Below the pieces are notes generated by a model. The model saw only the letters and a program-made list of their open reading frames with translations, was not told the origin of the DNA and searched no databases. Shown piece after piece: positions 47,723 through 54,005 of a stretch of 54,005 bases of DNA. This stretch comes from a virus (Duplodnaviria; Caudoviricetes), in the IMG/VR virus record IMGVR_UViG_3300035135_002245, positions 1-54,005 of that record, one strand, 5' to 3'. The position numbers and the translations under genes were made by a program. How positions within the stretch are numbered: the stretch's first letter is position 1; every line of letters begins with the position of its first letter.

Positions 47723-48718
47723 TTAAAATAAATCGTCCCAATCCTCACCCTCGTTTGCCTTAGAATAATCAGTAGGTCTAATAGCAAAGAAATCTGTGTG
47801 AGTGTGTCCGCCTGTAAGATGATAGAACCATTCTAAATTTTCTGATTTCTTTTTATTGTAATCAAAAATTGATTCGTATCCTAATTCTTTTAACTTGGTG
47901 TTTGTTCTTTCTTTGATGAATTCTTTTAAATCATCTGCTTTCAGATTTTCTAAATCTCCCATCTCGAACATTTTATCAATAAATTTAGTTTCGAGTTCTA
48001 CAATTAATTTTGCAGCTTCCTCGATAGAATCTTTACATTGTTCTTGTAGTTCAGGATATTCTTCACACATATGTCTGAATAATTGACATCCCATTCTACT
48101 ATGAAGTGATTCATCTCTTACACTCCATTTCATTTGTTGTCCGATTCCTTTTAGTTTGTTTCTCATTTGGAACGAATAAAGAACAGCAAAGGAAGAGTAG
48201 AGAGATACTCCTTCAGCAAATGCTGAAAAAATTGCTAAACTTCTACCTACTTCCTGTCTTGCTTTTTCGTTCTTTTGTAAATCTTCGTGTGTCCAATCTG
48301 CCGAAGTTTGAGTAAGTAATTCAAATTTTTCTGCAACCGCAGGTTCATGTAGAAATGCTGAGAAATCATCCAACCCTAAAGTTTCATTTAAATAAGAATA
48401 TGCTGTTGCATGAATGGTTTCTTGTGAACCAAACATCATAGCCATTTGTCTAATTTCATGTTTGGGAAACCAATCAGTAACCATGTTAGTCCAATAATCA
48501 GATACTGCACATTCTGTTTGTGCAAATCCTAATAGGATGTTACCAACTAAATTCTTTTCTGACTCTGTTAGGGTTTCGTTCCAATCTTTAACATCCCCTT
48601 GCATTGGAATTTCAGTATGTAACCAAAATGCCTGTGCCTGTTTTAACCAACCTTCGTTGTAATAAATTGGATATTCGAATGGTTTGAACGGTACTCGTTC
48701 TGTGAATAATTTGCTCAT
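47723..48718 (-). CDS. nrdB: Ribonucleotide reductase class Ia beta subunit
   Basis: FW..EI, ETIHATAY, EGVSLYSSF, RDESLH and TDFF motifs. Confidence 0.95.
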   Translation of the reverse strand: MSKLFTERVPFKPFEYPIYYNEGWLKQAQAFWLHTEIPMQGDVKDWNETLTESEKNLVGNILLGFAQTECAVSDYWTNMVTDWFPKHEIRQMAMMFGSQETIHATAYSYLNETLGLDDFSAFLHEPAVAEKFELLTQTSADWTHEDLQKNEKARQEVGRSLAIFSAFAEGVSLYSSFAVLYSFQMRNKLKGIGQQMKWSVRDESLHSRMGCQLFRHMCEEYPELQEQCKDSIEEAAKLIVELETKFIDKMFEMGDLENLKADDLKEFIKERTNTKLKELGYESIFDYNKKKSENLEWFYHLTGGHTHTDFFAIRPTDYSKANEGEDWDDLF

Positions 48719-48733
48719 TTTTCTATAACTTTT

Positions 48734-48904
48734 TTACTTGTTCTCTTCAACAGATGCTTTTCTGTAATCAGTAACTAATTTTTTGATTTCTCCAATTGCC
48801 TTCCTAGCTCTTGATTTAGCTGCTTTAGAAGTACCATTGTGTTCATCTTCAAATTGTGTAAATAGTTCTTTGATTTGTTCGAAAAGTTCTTGTGAATTTG
48901 CCAT
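48734..48904 (-). CDS. Histone H1-like (Hc1-family) small protein
   Basis: Not in the ORF track. Manual translation MANSQELFEQIKELFTQFEDEHNGTSKAAKSRARKAIGEIKKLVTDYRKASVEENK*, matching the KAA..RARKA..E.KK....RK Hc1 pattern. Confidence 0.75.
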   Translation of the reverse strand: MANSQELFEQIKELFTQFEDEHNGTSKAAKSRARKAIGEIKKLVTDYRKASVEENK

Positions 48905-48997
48905 AATTTATTTCCTTTAATTTAATGTTCGTAGATATAACTATTGTATATATTCAAAACCGAATAGTATTTTTAAAAATATTTTTTTTATTATACA

Positions 48998-50356
48998 CTA
49001 TCCCATATTTTCTACATACTTTTTGTGGAGTAATTGTCTCCTTTCTAATTGACCAGAGGCTGATTCTTTCGTTGAAAGAATACCTTCGGCCGATGTACCT
49101 TCATAAACTTCAATGAAACCTGTATTAGTATCCATCTTACATGGAAATGTAATCCCATCAGGTCCAAATCTGTTCTTCATTATGTGAGCTCGAGCAGTAT
49201 TATTTAATTTATCTTTACTCTTTCTACTCCAACTCATAATGAAATCTGCATTCATAACTTTTGCATATGAATCAGCAATTTTATCAGCTTCGATTACTTC
49301 TGAATCTATTGCCGAACGATTGGTTTGAGATGCAGTCCAAACAGGTATTCCCATTTCACCACTCAATCCTCTCAAATCTATATAAACGCCTCCTTGTTCT
49401 GCATAAGTAGAATCGGATTTGTTTGAATGAGAGAGAAGTAAATCGGCATAATCAACAATGATAACATCGGGCTTGTTATCTGTTGCAATCATCTTATCAA
49501 TGTGTTGTTGTATTTTTTTAACTGTAACTCCTTTGGGTGGGAAATACTTAATCAACAACGAACCTTGTAAGTTTTTGATTTTTCCTTTTACTTCTTCTTT
49601 CTTATCTTTCAATTCTGCTGATGGTACTTGTGTAAATACAGTATCGTACCTTTGTCCAACATAATGTTCAGATAGTTCCATAGTGTAATGAACTACACTC
49701 AAACCTTGACGTACGGCTGATGCTCCTAATGCAGTTAGTATCCAAGTTTTACCAACACCAGATGGTGCAACTACTACACCTAATTCTCCTGGTCCTAATC
49801 CACCATCCATTAAATCATTGATTGGTTTCCAATCGGATGGTACAGTATCTCGTTTTACTTCTTCTGCTCTTAAATCAAAATCATCTAAATAGTTATGTCC
49901 TAAATCAGTTTCAGTACCAACTTTCATTGCTCTATCTACTAAATCTTTGATTCTATCAAAGTTACCCGCTTTTAGTAAATCAACTGATGCAAGGATTACT
50001 TGTTTTAAATTCTGATTCCTACAAAAAGATGTGAACTCTTTTTTGATGTAATCTAAATCCACATTACCTACTTGTGTAAATACGTGTCTTAATTGTTCAA
50101 CAATTGTAGTTTTCAAAACATCATTATCTAATTTTGATAATTGTGCTTTGAATACATCTAATGTAGGGGGTTTTCTAAATTCTTCGTGATAATCTAATAT
50201 CTCACCTATTATCCACTTGTTTGCGTCTGATTCAAAGAATTTTGGAGTAGTAATCTCACTAAGAGTATCCAAAAACTTTTCATCAGTTAATAGTGCCGAT
50301 ACAACTTTACTCTGAAATGATTGCCCGAATTTCGATAAGTTGTCTATTTCTGTCAT
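48998..50356 (-). CDS. Replicative DnaB-like helicase (T4 gp41-like)
   Basis: APSGVGKT, TMEL, IVDYADL, TASQTNR and KNRFG motifs. Confidence 0.93.
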   Translation of the reverse strand: MTEIDNLSKFGQSFQSKVVSALLTDEKFLDTLSEITTPKFFESDANKWIIGEILDYHEEFRKPPTLDVFKAQLSKLDNDVLKTTIVEQLRHVFTQVGNVDLDYIKKEFTSFCRNQNLKQVILASVDLLKAGNFDRIKDLVDRAMKVGTETDLGHNYLDDFDLRAEEVKRDTVPSDWKPINDLMDGGLGPGELGVVVAPSGVGKTWILTALGASAVRQGLSVVHYTMELSEHYVGQRYDTVFTQVPSAELKDKKEEVKGKIKNLQGSLLIKYFPPKGVTVKKIQQHIDKMIATDNKPDVIIVDYADLLLSHSNKSDSTYAEQGGVYIDLRGLSGEMGIPVWTASQTNRSAIDSEVIEADKIADSYAKVMNADFIMSWSRKSKDKLNNTARAHIMKNRFGPDGITFPCKMDTNTGFIEVYEGTSAEGILSTKESASGQLERRQLLHKKYVENMG

Positions 50357-51399
50357 TAATCTGTTATGATGTTACCAAAAGTTGTTTTTAACCAATCATT
50401 AATATTGCCCATGTTATTAACAACTTTATATTTTAATAATACCTTCATAAAATCCATTTTGTTTAATGGTTTAATTTCTTCATGAAATCTATCAAGGATT
50501 TTCATTTTAATTTGTCCACTAATATCAACTTCTTTAAGTTGCATTAGTTTTTCATTCATGATGATTTGTTCTCTTGCTTTCAAGATATCATCATATAATT
50601 TGATTTTACCCTTCTTTTCTTCTGCTAGTTTAAGTAACTCATCTACTGTGATAGTTCGTTCCTCAGTCAACTCTGGAAACCTTTTTAGAAGGGTTTTAAT
50701 ACCACATCCTCTAACTCCAGGTATATTATCTGATGAATCTCCATCGAGTACTCTGTAAATTAACATATTGTTGGGGTGTAAACCGAACTCTTCTTGTACT
50801 ACTTTCTGATTATAAATCTTCTTTTTAGTAGGTGACCAAATGATTGTTTTTTCATCTACTAATTGTAAGAAATCTTTATCAGTAGACATCAATACAGCTT
50901 GTTCATCTTCTTTGAGAATCTGTTCAGAAATATAGGCCATAACATCATCTGCCTCTACACCATCATACATCATAAATGATACTGGTAGATAATCAAGAAT
51001 ATCAGCTAACCAAACATATTGTCTCTTCATTGATTCTCGTTCTTCCTCATCATTCATCATATCATTGTATGCACGATTAATTCTGAGTTTACTTTTAGAA
51101 CGATTTGCCTTATAACCTTCAAATAGTTTTTTTCTTCTTTTAGAACCACCACTACCATCAAATGTAACAATAACTCTAGTTGGTTGTGTTTGTCTGATTG
51201 CGTATCCGATTGAACGTAATACACCAGTTACACCACCAACATGGTCACCATTATCATTTAGAGTAGGGATAGATGTCCAACACCTAATAAAAGTGTTTAA
51301 TCCATCAATGATGAGAACACGAGAATTTTTATGCTTATTACCTGCATTCTCATGTTCTCTTTCAACTGATTCTAAAATGTTTTTGTAGAGTTCTCTCAT
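50356..51399 (-). CDS. 5'-3' exonuclease / flap endonuclease (T4 RNase H / PolI N-domain-like)
   Basis: IIDGLN, FDG, YKANR, EADD, STDKDFLQL and GDSSDNIPGVRGCGIKT motifs. Confidence 0.93.
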   Translation of the reverse strand: MRELYKNILESVEREHENAGNKHKNSRVLIIDGLNTFIRCWTSIPTLNDNGDHVGGVTGVLRSIGYAIRQTQPTRVIVTFDGSGGSKRRKKLFEGYKANRSKSKLRINRAYNDMMNDEEERESMKRQYVWLADILDYLPVSFMMYDGVEADDVMAYISEQILKEDEQAVLMSTDKDFLQLVDEKTIIWSPTKKKIYNQKVVQEEFGLHPNNMLIYRVLDGDSSDNIPGVRGCGIKTLLKRFPELTEERTITVDELLKLAEEKKGKIKLYDDILKAREQIIMNEKLMQLKEVDISGQIKMKILDRFHEEIKPLNKMDFMKVLLKYKVVNNMGNINDWLKTTFGNIITD

Positions 51400-51620
51400 A
51401 AAACTTCTTTCGATGGTTGATAATATTTTTCTAAAGTACTCAATCTATCATCAGCATCTACTAACAACACCAAAGCCTCTTCAGCATTTTTGTAGAAATC
51501 TTCAGTAGAGTGGTCACCAATACCAACAGCCTTCTCACCAAGAAGTTCTAGTGAAAGTAGTGCTTTACTCTTATCAGATTCGGCACTACTTTTTAACATT
51601 TCATATAATAATTTATTCAT
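51396..51620 (-). CDS. Conserved phage hypothetical protein
   Basis: 74 aa helical protein with a VGIGDH motif. Confidence 0.7.
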   Translation of the reverse strand: MNKLLYEMLKSSAESDKSKALLSLELLGEKAVGIGDHSTEDFYKNAEEALVLLVDADDRLSTLEKYYQPSKEVL

Positions 51621-51625
51621 AACTT

Positions 51626-52747
51626 TTAGTCATTTTCACCAGGTGTTTCAGTATCAACTGAATGAGCATCGATATCAAGAGTATCTGATTTATATTGTAA
51701 GATAGTTGCCTCACAAATTCTTTTATAAATCTGTTCTCTTAATTCTTGTTTCTCACCCATCAATGGAATAAAATCTTTTGATTGAAACTTGAATATTTCT
51801 CCAGTCTCAGTATCAGCATATTCATACCACGCACCTGCTTGTTTTACTATTTTATTTTCTTTCATAACTCCGAGCCATGAACCATAATTATCAATTCCTC
51901 TTTCAAAGAATATATCGAAATCCGCCGCTCTTAATGGTGGCCCCATTCGATTTTTTACGATTTGTGCTCTTACCTTAATTCCAATTGTTCTATCTTTACC
52001 ATTAACTTTGGTTTTAATCTGTCCCATATTTTTAAGACGGATTCTAACAGAACTATGGAATGCTAAAGCCTTACCACCACTCGTTGTCCATGGGTCACCA
52101 AACATAACACCCATCTTTTGTCTAAGTTGGTTAGTAAACACAAGAGTAATCTTTTGTCTACCAATCATGTTTGTTATTTTTCTCATGGCTTTTGAGATGA
52201 TGATTGCTTTATCAGTTGCATAACCATCCTTATTGTAATCTGCTGCCAATTCATTTTTAGTTGAAGCGGCTGCAACCGAATCTACAACAATAGTTACTAA
52301 CTTATCTTTCGATGCAGTTCTTACCTTTTCAATAATTGTTTCACAATAATCAAAAATTTGTTCTACTGAATCTGCGGATACATAAAGAAGTTTAGATACG
52401 TCAACACCAATTGCATCTAAAAATTCTCTACTTACAGCAGTTTCTGTATCGATTAGAACTGCCACACCCCCTTGTTTTTGTGTTTCAGCAAGGAGATGGG
52501 CAGCTAGTAGTGATTTCCCACTTTGTTCTAAACCTGTAATTTCGGTGATTCTACCAACGGGTAATCCACCATAAGGGCGATTAGAAATCGCAACATCCAA
52601 CATAGCAGTTCCAGTCGAAATCCAACCCTCTACGTTTGTAGGAGCCTCATCCGAATCTAGGAAGAATGCTACCTTTTGGTCTTTTGAATTTTTGTTTAGA
52701 GTATCCGCAAGGATATCTGCTAATTCTAGTTCTTTTTTCTTCGCCAT
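51626..52747 (-). CDS. recA: RecA/UvsX recombinase
   Basis: ISTG..LD, GGLPVGRITEITGLEQSGKS, IDTE, VDSVAA, FTNQLR and SGGKALAF motifs. Confidence 0.95.
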   Translation of the reverse strand: MAKKKELELADILADTLNKNSKDQKVAFFLDSDEAPTNVEGWISTGTAMLDVAISNRPYGGLPVGRITEITGLEQSGKSLLAAHLLAETQKQGGVAVLIDTETAVSREFLDAIGVDVSKLLYVSADSVEQIFDYCETIIEKVRTASKDKLVTIVVDSVAAASTKNELAADYNKDGYATDKAIIISKAMRKITNMIGRQKITLVFTNQLRQKMGVMFGDPWTTSGGKALAFHSSVRIRLKNMGQIKTKVNGKDRTIGIKVRAQIVKNRMGPPLRAADFDIFFERGIDNYGSWLGVMKENKIVKQAGAWYEYADTETGEIFKFQSKDFIPLMGEKQELREQIYKRICEATILQYKSDTLDIDAHSVDTETPGEND

Positions 52748-52757
52748 TTAGTGGATA

Positions 52758-53579
52758 TTAATTGTTAAACAAATCATCAAACGCAGAAGCAACATCATCA
52801 GTTTTCTTAGATGGTGTAGGTTTTGATTCATCTACATCAAAAGGTAAATCGTTTACTTCTTGCTTTGGTTTACTTTCAGATAAAGTTGTACTTTCTGAAG
52901 TTGATTCATCAGAAGATGATTCAGCAGTTGGATTTAACCAACCTTCAAGTACATCTTTAAGTTCATCATAAGAAAGTTCAGAATATAAATCTGTAATTTC
53001 AGTTTGATTTTCTAAAAGATTAGCCACTGTATCTGAATTATCAGAAAGTGGAGTTTGAGATGGTTTAACTCTGATAGTGGTAGTAGGATAAGTTGTTCCT
53101 GCATCTTCTGCAGATTTGTATTCGATTGTTAAATCTCTACCACTTGAAGGGTCGGTGATATCTCCATAATCGGGGTCTGCAATATATCCAAGAATTTCTT
53201 GATATACTGTTTTACCAAATCCCCAAAATCTAACACCTTCTCCTTCTTCACCTCTCACTATAACAGGTACAAAAGTTCTTAACTTAGGCTCCATTTGTTT
53301 TGCAGCCTTCCAATCTTCTTTATCACCCATTCTCTTTAGTTTATCCGCAAACTCTACAATAGGGTCTGGTCTACCAAATGATTGTGGAGATAAATAAGTT
53401 TTGTTGTTAATGTTGTAGTGAAAGTAAAGTTCAATGAAAGGATTGTCTTTGTTGAACTTGTAAGGTACGATTCTAACTTGGGTTTTACCAGGTGTTGGTT
53501 TCCAAAGTGAATCTGACTTCTTTTGAGTATTTTGAAGTTTGTTCAATCTACCCTTAATTGCGTTAATGTCAATTCCCAT
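52758..53579 (-). CDS. Single-stranded DNA-binding protein (T4 gp32-like)
   Basis: WKP..G...VRIVP, FHY, WGFGKTVY, DITDP..GRDL and an acidic C-terminal tail ending FDDLFNN. Confidence 0.85.
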   Translation of the reverse strand: MGIDINAIKGRLNKLQNTQKKSDSLWKPTPGKTQVRIVPYKFNKDNPFIELYFHYNINNKTYLSPQSFGRPDPIVEFADKLKRMGDKEDWKAAKQMEPKLRTFVPVIVRGEEGEGVRFWGFGKTVYQEILGYIADPDYGDITDPSSGRDLTIEYKSAEDAGTTYPTTTIRVKPSQTPLSDNSDTVANLLENQTEITDLYSELSYDELKDVLEGWLNPTAESSSDESTSESTTLSESKPKQEVNDLPFDVDESKPTPSKKTDDVASAFDDLFNN

Positions 53580-53616
53580 AATAATAATTAATTTTAAATT
53601 TAAATGTTTAAGTTTT

Positions 53617-53646
53617 ACAGTTTATTTTAAGTGTACTGTTACACTT
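53617..53646 (-). promoter_or_regulatory. H-type RNA pseudoknot in the SSB leader (T4 gene 32-like translational operator)
   Basis: mRNA AAGUGU-A-ACAGU-ACACUU-AAAAUAA-ACUGU, followed by 37 nt that are almost all A/U up to the AUG. Confidence 0.55.
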
Positions 53647-53688
53647 GGTGTATATATAAATATGGCCAATTTGTGAAAACGTAAAGTT

Positions 53689-54005
53689 TTATTTGGCCCA
53701 TTTTTTTCTTTGTACAATTTGTGATATTACACCATATACAGACAAATCTTCATAGGTATCTTGGATGTTCTCCCCTACCTCATCTGGTTGTCCTTTTACC
53801 ACTAATTGTAATAATCTTTGAATCTTATCATTCTTCCTAAACCAAAGACCTGTAAGTGCAACTTTGATATCATCTTCAGTTTCTAAAGGTGTACCAACTG
53901 ATATGTTACCAGGCCCATAATTCCTCTGTTTTTTACAGAAGGTTTCATACATTTCATCTAGGATGTTCTTAAATTCTTGTGTAGTTTGTGGATATTTTTC
54001 TTCGC
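53689..54005 (-). CDS. DUF1599 / nucleotide-modification-associated all-alpha domain protein; 5' end outside the window
   Basis: KKQRNYG, R.NDKIQRL and E.IQDTYEDLSVYGVI motifs; the frame stays open to the window edge. Confidence 0.7.
   Translation of the reverse strand, partial: EEKYPQTTQEFKNILDEMYETFCKKQRNYGPGNISVGTPLETEDDIKVALTGLWFRKNDKIQRLLQLVVKGQPDEVGENIQDTYEDLSVYGVISQIVQRKKWAK

Noticed and set aside
53610-53650. preQ1-I riboswitch (hairpin plus A-rich tail)
   Set aside because: The loop is too short and lacks the conserved ligand-binding residues, and the downstream gene is an SSB. A gene-32-like operator explains it better.

Overview
A 54 kb, AT-rich (roughly 30% GC by eye), densely packed segment with every credible gene on the minus strand. 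It reads as part of a large T4-like dsDNA phage that probably infects a Bacteroidota (Flavobacteriia-like) host. Phage evidence: family B DNA polymerase, sliding clamp, clamp loaders, gp32-like SSB, RecA, 5'-3' exonuclease and DnaB/gp41 helicase. Host evidence: four Bacteroidota-type -33/-7 promoters and a CarboxypepD-type TonB-dependent receptor. In transcription order (right to left) the window holds: (1) a recombination/replication block, with a T4 gene-32-like pseudoknot in the SSB leader; (2) class Ia RNR genes interrupted by SET and RMT2/GAMT-like methyltransferase genes, next to a histone H1-like gene; (3) a promoter-led candidate base-modification operon (atypical cytosine-type thymidylate-synthase homologue, PP-loop ATPase, PLP enzyme), followed by groEL and an SPPY methyltransferase; (4) a DUF262-HNH (GmrSD-like) nuclease, polB, the clamp and a second SPPY methyltransferase; (5) APRT and MTA/SAH nucleosidase, a TonB-dependent receptor, a radical SAM protein and a Cas4-like nuclease; (6) a roughly 14 kb glycosylation island; (7) an envelope/secretion module with a CsgG-like pore, a cohesin-dockerin protein and an acidic-linker beta-barrel protein. 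The two best candidates for an undescribed system are the base-modification operon (41951-44651) and the CsgG envelope module (3192-9926). All assignments come from manual motif recognition; no database searches were run.
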